This document shows positions 1 through 9,232 of a stretch of 64,000 nucleotides of DNA, piece by piece (position 1 is the stretch's first letter; every line of letters begins with the position of its first letter). The position numbers and the translations under genes are program-made. Under the pieces are notes generated by a model. It was not told the DNA's origin. It made no database searches and was given only the letters and a program-made list of their open reading frames with translations. The stretch is from an uncultured Gammaproteobacteria bacterium. GTDB lineage: Bacteria; Patescibacteriota; Microgenomatia; Levybacterales; UBA12049. The DNA lies in contig CAYYSJ010000003.1 in assembly GCA_964474445.1 (NCBI GenBank), positions 81,597-145,596 on the forward strand, in the 5' to 3' direction.

Positions 1-443
1 CTATCCCACCCTGCGGTGCTGCATTTTTTCATCTTTTTTCCAGCTGCTGTTGTGTAAAGTACCAATTTTGCACCACATTCTGGACAATCTTCATCAAGCT
101 GTTCAGTTGTCCCATTAATCCATTCAACATAGTCACATCCTGTTGCTTTTTTTGCTTTGCTATCCCAGCCCCCAGTTGAGCACTTTTTCATTTTCTTTCC
201 AAAACGGGTAACGGTAAGGATCAGTGGAGATCCACATTTTGGACATACCTCATCAAGCTGCTGTGGCTCTACCTCTAGCCATTTGACATAATCACAACCA
301 ACTGTTTTTTTTGTTTTGGGGTCCCATGATCCAGCTGAGCATTTTTGTAATTTTCTCCCTGTTGCAGTTGTTGCAACGGGGGAAAGAGGATTGCCACATT
401 TTGGGCACAGGTCTTGAGTATTTTGTACGTCATTTTCTGTCAT
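1..443 (-). CDS. Tandem topoisomerase-type C4 zinc-ribbon protein (YrdD-like), runs off window edge
   Basis: Manual translation from ATG 443: MTENDVQNTQDLCPKCGNPL...KCSAGSWD...GCDYVKW...CPKCGSPL...KCSTGGWD...GCDYVEW...CPECGAKL...KCSTAGWD; three CxxC-C-C repeats. Absent from the ORF track because it is truncated. Confidence 0.8.
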   Translation of the reverse strand, partial: MTENDVQNTQDLCPKCGNPLSPVATTATGRKLQKCSAGSWDPKTKKTVGCDYVKWLEVEPQQLDEVCPKCGSPLILTVTRFGKKMKKCSTGGWDSKAKKATGCDYVEWINGTTEQLDEDCPECGAKLVLYTTAAGKKMKKCSTAGWD

Positions 444-533
444 AGGTTTTAATAATAGTTTTTTTGTTCATAGAAAGTCAATGGTTTTGCATATAGAAGA
501 AAAAGGGGAAAGTTTGGTATACTGAAATACCAT

Positions 534-1715
534 ATGTTTTCGAATCGTAATTTACTGATTATTGGTCTTATTGCAATTGTTAATGCGTTGGGATATGGCA
601 TTGTCATTCCTATTTTATATTCCTATTCTAAGCATTTTGGTTTAACAGATTTCCAAAATGGATTATTATTTTCTGTGTTTTCTATTTGTTCATTTCTTGC
701 AACACCTATTATTGGAAGGATGTCGGACAAATATGGAAGAAGACCACTTCTTATTGTCTCCATTATTGGAACTGTGATCTCATTTTTCATGCAGGCATTT
801 GCTCCAAATGCCATGTGGCTTTTTTTAGCTCGAGCACTTGATGGATTAACAGCAGGGAATATTTCCGTTGCATCTGCAGTGATCTCTGATACAACAACAC
901 TAGAAGAGCGGGCAAAAGGGTTTGGTATTATTGGTGCATCATTTGGGTTTGGTTTTGTTTTTGGTCCTGCAATTTCTGCACTCACTGTTGGTATCTCTCC
1001 ATCATTGCCTTTCATTATTGCAGGGATGATTACTGCTATTGCAGCAGTTATCACGGTACTGTTCTTACCTGAGACAAATAAACATATTGGACAAGTGCAC
1101 CATGGAAAATTATTTGACTTTGGAAAATTGTGGCATGCATTATTTGACAAGAGAGTAGGGGCAACACTCCTTATTACCTTTATTTATTTTCTCGCATTTG
1201 CTTGTTCTATTATTTATGGTTTTCAGCCGTTTGCAAAAAAAATACTTTTCCTTTCTGATGTACAAATATCCATTCTCTTTGTTCTGTTTGGCGTTATTGG
1301 ACTCGTGACACAAGTGGTGGTGGTGCAACCAGTAACAAAATGGTTGGGAGTAAAAAAAGCATTTTCAACAAGTATTTTTATTGTTGCTTTTGCATTCTTC
1401 GTGATGTTTTTGACGAAGTCACTTGTCTTATTCGTTTTAGCAAATATTATATTGGGAGTTGCAAATTCAATCATGCAACCATTAATTCAGACGATTCTTT
1501 CCCAAGAAACAGATGAGAAATCACAAGGAGCGATCCTGGGATTAAATGCTTCGTATATGAGCATCGGGCAAATTTTTGGTCCTATTATTGGTGGGTTTGT
1601 TGCATCTCTTTTTATTCCATCAATTTTTGTTGTCGGTACATTGTTAACATTGATTTGTTTTTATTTATCGTTTCAAGTACTACGTCCACATGCTGCAGAA
1701 GAGTCAGCTGTATAA
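534..1715 (+). CDS. MFS transporter, TetA/DHA1-like
   Basis: Motif A GRMSDKYGRRP, motif C GFGFVFGPAIS, about 12 hydrophobic segments. Confidence 0.9.
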   Translation: MFSNRNLLIIGLIAIVNALGYGIVIPILYSYSKHFGLTDFQNGLLFSVFSICSFLATPIIGRMSDKYGRRPLLIVSIIGTVISFFMQAFAPNAMWLFLARALDGLTAGNISVASAVISDTTTLEERAKGFGIIGASFGFGFVFGPAISALTVGISPSLPFIIAGMITAIAAVITVLFLPETNKHIGQVHHGKLFDFGKLWHALFDKRVGATLLITFIYFLAFACSIIYGFQPFAKKILFLSDVQISILFVLFGVIGLVTQVVVVQPVTKWLGVKKAFSTSIFIVAFAFFVMFLTKSLVLFVLANIILGVANSIMQPLIQTILSQETDEKSQGAILGLNASYMSIGQIFGPIIGGFVASLFIPSIFVVGTLLTLICFYLSFQVLRPHAAEESAV

Positions 1716-1829
1716 CAATCAGAAGGCTATCTGGTACTTCTTATCTGTTTATTCCACTATTCTTATTCCCACATCATAGTTATTCGCTACATAAACATCA
1801 TTTGTAAATAAGAAAGGAACAATAATTGC

Positions 1830-2387
1830 ATGAAAGGAGGACGAGTGCTATGGTGGATGATATTAATACGGGGAATTGCGTTACTTCTTTTAGGACTTCT
1901 TGCTATTGCATGGCCAGGGCTCACCCTTCTTATTTTGGCGTATTTCTTCGCTCTTTATGTGTTGGTTGCAGGCATTATCAATACGATCTCTGGTATTGTC
2001 AGTATCAATAAAAGGAGGGGATGGTTTTTAAGTCTTTTATTAGGAATCATAGAACTTGGAGTAGGTGTCTATGTGTTGCGAATACCGGGACTTCCTTTGG
2101 CTCTCTTTATTGCTGTTATTGGATTTACGTTTATGGTGCAAGGAATTTTGGAAATTATTGTAGCATTTGCTGACCGCGATGTTGGAACCCGAGTGCTAGA
2201 GATTATCACTGGTATTTTAGGCGTTATTGCAGGATTCTTTATTCTCCGCTATCCGCTAGCAGGTGGTATTGCGTTTGTGTGGGTCATAGGGATTTATGGG
2301 CTTATCGGAGGAGCAATTCGTATTGCAATAGCATTAAGCGTTTATGCTGAAGAAGAAGCGGGGAAAGTAGCTCCCGCAAAAAGATAA
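1830..2387 (+). CDS. HdeD/DUF308 family membrane protein
   Basis: WWMILIRGIALLLLGLLAIAWPG start and repeated TM hairpins. Confidence 0.85.
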   Translation: MKGGRVLWWMILIRGIALLLLGLLAIAWPGLTLLILAYFFALYVLVAGIINTISGIVSINKRRGWFLSLLLGIIELGVGVYVLRIPGLPLALFIAVIGFTFMVQGILEIIVAFADRDVGTRVLEIITGILGVIAGFFILRYPLAGGIAFVWVIGIYGLIGGAIRIAIALSVYAEEEAGKVAPAKR

Positions 2388-2408
2388 GGGCGAATTCGAA
2401 AATATACA

Positions 2409-3086
2409 TTAAGGAATCATAACCTCCGCTCTTGTTCTTCGTCCCTTCATGACTGTTTGCATCCCTTTATATGACTCTTCAGTTACATTGGCAACACCTG
2501 CTTCAGAGAGTGTTTTTAAAATAGGCTGTAAAAAATTTGTCAGGACAAGATACCCATTTTCAGTGAGTTGAGGTTCATTTGGATTAGTAATATATGCATT
2601 TTGATAGAGGCGTTGCACATTATTGATAAGTATTTTGTCCCCACTAGTATAAATAGGTATACCCTGATGTATCACATGAAGGAGTGTAATTTTTGTTAAC
2701 AAAGAATTGCTTGATTTCTGAAGTGGAGTCAATAAAGAGCCGGGGTTTTCCTGAAAAAATTTATCTGCAATAGGAATTGCAGGTTGTAAAAATTGCTCAG
2801 CAACTTGTGTGGCATATAATGTGGGTTGTCGTACCATAGAGTTGGACGTAGTGACAAATCCTGGGTAGGGAAGAGACGTACCATGGAGAAGATAGGAAAG
2901 TGAAAGTCCGGGTTTGTCTGGGTAGTATTGGTTGAGTGCTTGTGAAAGACGTGGTTTTGGGAGTCCATCAGAGCCTGCTTGTAAGAGAAGATCGAATATA
3001 TGGCGTCTTGGTCCCATGACTGCGCGAATGACACCAGAAGTAATAGTGTTGTAATAATTTGTTTTATCTCTTGTTTGCTCGAGCAT
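2409..3086 (-). CDS. Hypothetical protein
   Basis: 225-aa ATG ORF with no recognised motif. Confidence 0.55.
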   Translation of the reverse strand: MLEQTRDKTNYYNTITSGVIRAVMGPRRHIFDLLLQAGSDGLPKPRLSQALNQYYPDKPGLSLSYLLHGTSLPYPGFVTTSNSMVRQPTLYATQVAEQFLQPAIPIADKFFQENPGSLLTPLQKSSNSLLTKITLLHVIHQGIPIYTSGDKILINNVQRLYQNAYITNPNEPQLTENGYLVLTNFLQPILKTLSEAGVANVTEESYKGMQTVMKGRRTRAEVMIP

Positions 3087-3152
3087 CGAAGATGACTATA
3101 CTGAGCAATTTTATGAATGGGGTAAACAAATGTAAAAAAGAGGTGAAAAATG

Positions 3153-3722
3153 TTAGAAAGTGATAAAAGGTGGTCTTTCTTGTGAAGCAGCATTCATAAA
3201 TTTGTGAAACATCTTCTGTGTTCCTTCTTTTATTCCTCTTCTCATTGAACGGAGGGTATGTTGAGGCAATCCAAGTGCAACGCGTAATTCTTCTCGTGTC
3301 CCTTTACCCCAACCCACAATTCTTGTTTGCGTTACCGTTTGTGTTTCGCCTACAACTCTTTTGCCGTTCACAATTCCTGAAGGTTCCTCATCTTTACTGA
3401 CAAAAAGTGTTGGATAGTACCCGGTCCAACCTAGCTCGTTATATACATAGTCATCAATTGCTGCTTGTTGTTCAGGAGTTCTCTGAATTGTTGAGTCAGG
3501 ATTAAGACTTTGGACAATCCATACGTTTGGATCTTCAAGATTCCTATTCCTCAAATCGCGATTGCTTCGTTGAGCTCTTCTTCGAAGTGGTTTTTCGTAA
3601 TCATGGAGAAATTGTCTGAGCTCGCCCTTTGCTGTATGACAATGGGGGCACCATTCTGCTGTGACGACTTCGAGTTGATAGTGAATGTTTTTTCTTTGCT
3701 TTTTAGGTTCCTTTTCTGTCAT
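3153..3722 (-). CDS. Divergent thioredoxin/glutaredoxin-fold protein
   Basis: TAEWCPHC active-site motif, cis-Pro-like YPTLF, IVGW; start set at ATG 3722. Confidence 0.6.
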   Translation of the reverse strand: MTEKEPKKQRKNIHYQLEVVTAEWCPHCHTAKGELRQFLHDYEKPLRRRAQRSNRDLRNRNLEDPNVWIVQSLNPDSTIQRTPEQQAAIDDYVYNELGWTGYYPTLFVSKDEEPSGIVNGKRVVGETQTVTQTRIVGWGKGTREELRVALGLPQHTLRSMRRGIKEGTQKMFHKFMNAASQERPPFITF

Positions 3723-3819
3723 GAAAGGTATGCTACAGCTTGATTTGAATACAAACAATGCATACTGGATATGGATAAGAAGTACGCAGAATACTTTTTG
3801 TTATAATGACAATAACCTT

Positions 3820-4056
3820 ATGAGAAAAATTGAAAACCCTTTTGGAGAAGAGGAAGGATCTAAAGGGAAAGGTGAAGAACAATTAAGAAATAAGCGTCGT
3901 CAAGTTCGTCTCCAAAGCTTGATTGACGATTTTACAGAATTTAAATTGATGGCAGATTACTCTCACTTAATACCAAGAGTGTTGGATGTGATAGATAAAA
4001 GGCCTGTCACACCATTAGAAGAAGCATCAAAAGAAGATCATCTCAATAAACTGTGA
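3820..4056 (+). CDS. Small hypothetical protein
   Basis: ATG 3820 (MRKIENPF) shortly after TATAAT; 78 aa. Confidence 0.45.
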   Translation: MRKIENPFGEEEGSKGKGEEQLRNKRRQVRLQSLIDDFTEFKLMADYSHLIPRVLDVIDKRPVTPLEEASKEDHLNKL

Positions 4057-4110
4057 AGTGACTCATTATTCATCTTATTTCTGTTATACTTTTACTGAGG
4101 AGGTGAGAGT

Positions 4111-4302
4111 ATGTATACGTTTACCTGTCCATTAACAAACTGCAATAATCAAGTCATGACATCTCATGCACAACATGCAGAAGAAGCTGCGTCGGAATTA
4201 ACTGCCATTGCGGAGGCACATCTGAAACATCTTCATCCTGATGTTCACAAAACACATGAAGAGGTTGCTGCTGATATCAGAGCCCATATGGTAGAGAAAT
4301 AG
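4111..4302 (+). CDS. DUF1059-like small metal-binding protein
   Basis: FTCPLTNC...AHLKHLH pattern; strong SD AGGAGGTG upstream. Confidence 0.7.
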   Translation: MYTFTCPLTNCNNQVMTSHAQHAEEAASELTAIAEAHLKHLHPDVHKTHEEVAADIRAHMVEK

Positions 4303-4334
4303 GAAACTTGCACTCGTTTGGTATAATGCTTTGC

Positions 4335-4799
4335 ATGGAGAGAATACATGCATCCATTGGGAGGTTGTTCGTATTCTCAGTGTTTCTTTCTGTTATCCTT
4401 TTCCTTCTTTTACAAAATGCAATCCTTATTTCCAGTTCGCATCACAAAGCAGTTTTGGCGCTAAAAATACCAACACCAACCACTATCCCAACTCCAACAA
4501 ATGCACCAACACCTCAGGTAACTCATCCGACGAGTGTTGTTGTCGTAACTGCGGTCCCTTCAGATGATGGAGTTTGGGAAAGACTTGCACAGTGTGAATC
4601 CGGAGGGCATTGGGGAGATGATACGGGAAATGGATATTTTGGTGGACTGCAATTTAGTCAAGGAGCATGGGAAAGTGTAGGGGGAGTAGGAAGGCCATCG
4701 AATGCTTCAAAAGAAGAACAAATCAGTAGAGGGAAAATGCTTCAAGCAGCACGGGGCTGGGCCCCCTGGGGTACATGCAGTAAAAGTCTTGGGCTGTAG
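4335..4799 (+). CDS. Resuscitation-promoting factor (Rpf)-type lytic transglycosylase, membrane-anchored
   Basis: WERLAQCESGG...NGYFGGLQF...W...EQI...GWAPWGTC Rpf signature; N-terminal TM and P/T-rich linker. Confidence 0.9.
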   Translation: MERIHASIGRLFVFSVFLSVILFLLLQNAILISSSHHKAVLALKIPTPTTIPTPTNAPTPQVTHPTSVVVVTAVPSDDGVWERLAQCESGGHWGDDTGNGYFGGLQFSQGAWESVGGVGRPSNASKEEQISRGKMLQAARGWAPWGTCSKSLGL

Positions 4800-4888
4800 G
4801 TCTTCCTCTCATCTTTTCTTTCATGGAATTTACTTTGCAAGAAAGCAATTTTTAACATGTGGTATATATCGTTAATTGTCTGACATAT

Positions 4889-5620
4889 ATGAAACAAAAT
4901 CCTTGCGATATATCAAAGGGGAAAGTCTCTCCAACATATATGTCATTAAAGGATATAGAGCTTGCAAAGGCATTAGAAGATAGCCTCTTGCATGATGATA
5001 GAACACACCATCTCAGACTATCTATTATTGTGAAAGGATGTGTGGCTCACGTCAGAGGGATTGTTCAATCCGAAGAGGAAAGACAGATCGTTGAGGAGAT
5101 ATTACGGAGGCAACATGGTCTATACAGTGTTTGGGGCTTATTAACGCTTCCTGGTGAAAAGTTGTCGATTCTGGATATTGGGTGTGGTACGACAAAACAA
5201 GTACCTGAAGCAATTGGGGTTGACAAGTATCCTGCAGAAGGAGTTGCTATTGTTACAAATCTTGAAAAGGGACTTCCATTCCCTGAAAATAGTTTTGACC
5301 ATATATTTGCTATTCATATTCTTGAGCATATTTATAACTTAATAAGTCTTCTCAACAATGTGCATAAGATCCTTCGTCCTTTTGGAGTGCTTCATGTGAT
5401 GGTGCCGAAGTGGAGAAGTGTTGTTTCAGTTGCAGATCCAACACATGTGCGATTTTTTGATGTACAAACACTGAAATATTTTTGTGAAAAAAAGTATGGA
5501 GTTTCTCTATGGAAACCTCTTATGGTATCCACGTCAGATGATACTATCTTTGCAGATTTGACTCCAATAAAAGGAGCAAAATCTCCTCGTCCTTCAGATA
5601 TTGCTCGGTGGTTTTATTAA
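4889..5620 (+). CDS. BON-like domain fused to class I SAM-dependent methyltransferase (type 11)
   Basis: N-terminal LSIIVKGCVAHVRGIVQSEEER (BON-like); ILDIGCG, LPFPENSFD, HILEH, DPTHVRFF. Alternative start at 4940. Confidence 0.7.
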   Translation: MKQNPCDISKGKVSPTYMSLKDIELAKALEDSLLHDDRTHHLRLSIIVKGCVAHVRGIVQSEEERQIVEEILRRQHGLYSVWGLLTLPGEKLSILDIGCGTTKQVPEAIGVDKYPAEGVAIVTNLEKGLPFPENSFDHIFAIHILEHIYNLISLLNNVHKILRPFGVLHVMVPKWRSVVSVADPTHVRFFDVQTLKYFCEKKYGVSLWKPLMVSTSDDTIFADLTPIKGAKSPRPSDIARWFY

Positions 5621-5647
5621 TGTGGTGTGTATCTATGGGATGATTTG

Positions 5648-6082
5648 TTATCTCTGATAGAGAAAAATGTTATCTTTTGTTTTTTCGAGTTTCCAATGTT
5701 TGAAAGGGAAGTAATTCAGTAAAACTCGACTTCCAGGCTTCAACTCTGTCTGTAATTTTTTCTCTAGTCTTCCCATAATTGTTGGCATTGGGTAGCAACA
5801 AATGATGGAATACTTTGATAGATCCTCAAACCAAAAGTCTTTCTTCAGCAGGGTTGCCTGAACAGCAGCTGCTGCAATATTTTCTTTTGCCAATTGGAAA
5901 AGCTTGTCGTCAAGCTCATATCCCGTTGCAATAGCTCCTCCTTTGGCCAGCGCAATAAGAATTCGTCCGTCACCACTTCCTAAATCTGCAGCTTTTTCAC
6001 CTGGCTGTATTTCTGCCAAGTCTATCATTGCTTGTACTCGGTATCTACTTGTTTGAAAGTAGGGAATGTATGGAATGTTCAT
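5648..6082 (-). CDS. SAM-dependent methyltransferase (FAM173/aKMT-like)
   Basis: PY...T, DLGSGDGRI, GYEL, LKPGSRV. Confidence 0.85.
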   Translation of the reverse strand: MNIPYIPYFQTSRYRVQAMIDLAEIQPGEKAADLGSGDGRILIALAKGGAIATGYELDDKLFQLAKENIAAAAVQATLLKKDFWFEDLSKYSIICCYPMPTIMGRLEKKLQTELKPGSRVLLNYFPFKHWKLEKTKDNIFLYQR

Positions 6083-6207
6083 AGATACATTGTACCATCA
6101 GAGAGAAAGGGAGAGAGTCAAAGTGATTCATCTGGGTGTTCTTCTAGAGAAATTGCTTTTACTACTTTACCTGTGATGCATGAATTATTTTGATACAATT
6201 ATATAAA

Positions 6208-7152
6208 ATGGTTAACAATAAGAAAGTTTATTTTCTCATTCCCCAGGTACTTGTTGCCCTTGTGACTATTGTTCTAGGCAATATATTTTGGTTTAACTTT
6301 TCTCAAACTATTAATGAAACGCATCTACTTACGAACTCTGCAATAACTATTGTGTCTACAATAACTTTTCCAATCATGATATTCAGTGTATACCTTTCTT
6401 TTTGTGCATTATTATCAATAGTTATCCCAAATAAACAAGTACAATTACTTATTTTGGTATTGTCATTAGTGGATTATGTTATGGTAACTGGGGTAGATTA
6501 TAAAAATTTGATTGGAGAAGTGGCAATTTGTGCAGGATTATTCATATTTCTTATCAATTTCCAAAGTAGAGTAACTCTCGTCAATAGTAAAAGTGCATTG
6601 TTCAATAGGGTCTCTTCAGCTTTTTCCATCACGTCAATTATTATTTCAGTTATTCTGGCTATAAACTTTTATTCTCTCTATACGAAATCGCTAGCTTCGG
6701 ATAATGTACTCGTTACAAATGGTATCATGAGGCAAATTTTGAAACCGATTATCTATATTTACTTAGATGATCTGAAAATTCAAGACCTCAATGAAAGTTT
6801 TACTCATTATCAAGTAAGGATGTCTAAACTTACCCATCAAGACATTTCGGTAATAAGAAGCATTACACTATCAAAGTTGAGTATTACTCAGGCGAACGAT
6901 ACAGAACCTATGCAAAGTTTAATAAAAAAGTCTTTCGATAATTCCATTTTAAAATTAGCTCATAATTATGGGAAAACTATTCCATTAGTTATATCTTTGG
7001 GACTGGGCGTTATTGTTCAAACATTATTATCAATCAGCTCTCTTATTGCAAACTTTACTACTGCAGGACTCATAATTCTTTGTAAGAAGCTTAACCTTAT
7101 CGATACAGTCAAGATTGATTATCAGGTTGAAAAAGAAGTGTATCAAGGCTAG
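6208..7152 (+). CDS. Hypothetical multi-pass membrane protein
   Basis: Several hydrophobic segments; ends 3 bp before the glycoside hydrolase gene. Confidence 0.6.
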   Translation: MVNNKKVYFLIPQVLVALVTIVLGNIFWFNFSQTINETHLLTNSAITIVSTITFPIMIFSVYLSFCALLSIVIPNKQVQLLILVLSLVDYVMVTGVDYKNLIGEVAICAGLFIFLINFQSRVTLVNSKSALFNRVSSAFSITSIIISVILAINFYSLYTKSLASDNVLVTNGIMRQILKPIIYIYLDDLKIQDLNESFTHYQVRMSKLTHQDISVIRSITLSKLSITQANDTEPMQSLIKKSFDNSILKLAHNYGKTIPLVISLGLGVIVQTLLSISSLIANFTTAGLIILCKKLNLIDTVKIDYQVEKEVYQG

Positions 7153-7155
7153 CAT

Positions 7156-9144
7156 ATGGATATGATGGTAGAAGGAAAAGCCGCATTGAAGGAAGCAACT
7201 CCAATAGGAAGAAGAAAACGAAAAATTGTTCTCTGGCTGGTGGTAGTTTTTTTCGTAGTGGGAATGGGAGGGATATGGTTATCCTTTTTCAAAGGAGGGA
7301 TTTCTCAGTTTGATCTTCACAGCATTTTCCCAATGACAAACAATAACCTTGCAAAGGGGGTAGACAATCTGCAACGGGGTGTTGATATATCTCGTTGGTT
7401 TCGTTTTCCAAGCGATGAAAGTGATGCGTATTTTGCAAACTATATAACAGAGGATGATTTAAACTTTATTGAAAGCAATGGCTTTACCCATGTTCGACTC
7501 TCTATTGCTCCACAATATATTTTCGATACTGCTTCACCAACAAAAATCAATGCTCATATGCTGCCTTTTATCGATAAAGCAATTAAACGAATTCTTTCTC
7601 ATCATATGGCAGTTGTGGTTGATCTTCATGATGAACAAAAAACATTTGAGAATGGGAAAAACGCACAAGATTTGCAGGTTTTTTGGGGGAATTTTGCCAA
7701 ACATCTTACACAATTTGATGCAAATAATGTATATCTTGAACTTCTCAATGAGCCAGTGTTTGATGGCAGGCAACAGCAGTGGCTCGATTTACAAAATCAC
7801 CTTATTCAAATAGTAAGGCAGCAAGCACCAAATAATACAATCATTGCAACAGGGGCAGATTGGGGAGGAATTGAAGGGTTAGGAAAGGTAATGCCTTCTG
7901 GCGATAAAAATGTTATATATTCGTTTCATTTCTATGATCCCATGGCATTTACTCATCAAGGGGCTGATTGGGCAGGAGATAGCTATCCCTCAATTGCAAA
8001 ATTAGAATATCCAGAAAGCCAAATAAATTGTCATCAAGTACTTGCTCATGTTACCACTGCCAGTGCTACAGATGAGGTACAAGGATATTGTGACCAAAAG
8101 TGGAATAAAGAAACACTTGCGAACGTTATTCAGCAGGCCGTTGATTGGTCAAAGAAATATAATGTGCCAATTTGGGTAGGTGAATTTGGCGTATACTGCA
8201 AACAAACTCCTCGACAATCTAAGCTAGAGTGGTTAAGAGATGTCAAGGCTATTTTTGAACAAAATCATATTGGTTGGACTCTCTGGGGCTATGATGATTG
8301 TTTTGGACTTGGCGTTACTCATCAAAATGGACAAATTCAGTATGATAAAGACGTTCTACAAATTTTTCAGAGTAGTCAACGTAAAAAAAATAGTACACTT
8401 CTTTCTATACCGACATTGTCATCAAGTCAATCCAATTGGAATACTCTTATTGGTGCTTCATGGCAGTGGCAGCTTGATGGAGTTGTTGATACATCAGTGA
8501 ATGCAAAAGTCTTTGATATCGATTATGAAAAAAATGATGCAGGTGTTGTAAATACTCTCCATGCAAAAGGGAGTAAGGTAATCTGTTATATCAGTATGGG
8601 CTCCTGGGAAAACTGGAGAAGTGATGCAAATCAGTTTCCAAACTCTGTTATAGGGAATGATTACACAAACTGGCCTGGAGAGAAATGGCTTGATATACGA
8701 AGAATAGATATTCTTGGTCCTGTTCTTCAAAAACGATTAGATACATGTCAACAAAAAGGATTTGATGCAGTTGAGCCTGATAATATCCATGGGTACCAAG
8801 AAAATACAGGGTTTCCACTGACATACAATGATCAACTGACATTTAATAAATGGCTTACCCAAGAAGCACATAAGCGTAGACTGCTTATTGGACTAAAAAA
8901 TGATAGTGAACAAGTAAGGGATTTATTGCCATATTTTGACTTTGCAGTTACTGAGGATTGCTTCCAACAAGGATGGTGTAGTGATATGCTGCCATTTATT
9001 CAAAGCAGTAAACCTGTTTTTGCTGCAGAATACACAGATACTGGGATGACAACAGATAAATTTTGTTCTCAGGCAAAAGAACTACGATTTAATACAATCC
9101 TAAAACAAAGAGGCCTTACTGTATATATAAAACAGTGTAACTAA
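7156..9144 (+). CDS. Membrane-anchored GH5 + GH114 (endo-alpha-1,4-polygalactosaminidase-like) fusion
   Basis: GH5: GFTHVRL, VVVDLH, ELLNEP, HFYDP, WVGEFG. GH114: WQWQLDG, DID, VICYISMGSWENWR, GFDAVEPDN, GLKND, AVTEDC, KPVFAAEY. Confidence 0.85.
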   Translation: MDMMVEGKAALKEATPIGRRKRKIVLWLVVVFFVVGMGGIWLSFFKGGISQFDLHSIFPMTNNNLAKGVDNLQRGVDISRWFRFPSDESDAYFANYITEDDLNFIESNGFTHVRLSIAPQYIFDTASPTKINAHMLPFIDKAIKRILSHHMAVVVDLHDEQKTFENGKNAQDLQVFWGNFAKHLTQFDANNVYLELLNEPVFDGRQQQWLDLQNHLIQIVRQQAPNNTIIATGADWGGIEGLGKVMPSGDKNVIYSFHFYDPMAFTHQGADWAGDSYPSIAKLEYPESQINCHQVLAHVTTASATDEVQGYCDQKWNKETLANVIQQAVDWSKKYNVPIWVGEFGVYCKQTPRQSKLEWLRDVKAIFEQNHIGWTLWGYDDCFGLGVTHQNGQIQYDKDVLQIFQSSQRKKNSTLLSIPTLSSSQSNWNTLIGASWQWQLDGVVDTSVNAKVFDIDYEKNDAGVVNTLHAKGSKVICYISMGSWENWRSDANQFPNSVIGNDYTNWPGEKWLDIRRIDILGPVLQKRLDTCQQKGFDAVEPDNIHGYQENTGFPLTYNDQLTFNKWLTQEAHKRRLLIGLKNDSEQVRDLLPYFDFAVTEDCFQQGWCSDMLPFIQSSKPVFAAEYTDTGMTTDKFCSQAKELRFNTILKQRGLTVYIKQCN

Positions 9145-9197
9145 AATAATTCCCCTAATTGATTCTTCCTTTGATGGAAAGTGAAGCAAAATCGTAT

Positions 9198-9223
9198 TGC
9201 AACCTTTTTTAGTTCTTTGCGCT
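9198..9223 (+). promoter_or_regulatory. Putative ECF promoter TGCAAC-N16-CGCT upstream of the sigma gene
   Basis: Same motif and spacing recur at 9846-9871. Confidence 0.6.
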
Positions 9224-9232
9224 GTATAATAT

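Noticed and set aside
623-1150. Long antisense or alternate-frame ORFs (e.g. 623-1150, 11996-12508, 25982-26500, 44244-44699, 46138-46692)
   Set aside because: They are shadows of well-supported genes, with no motifs of their own.
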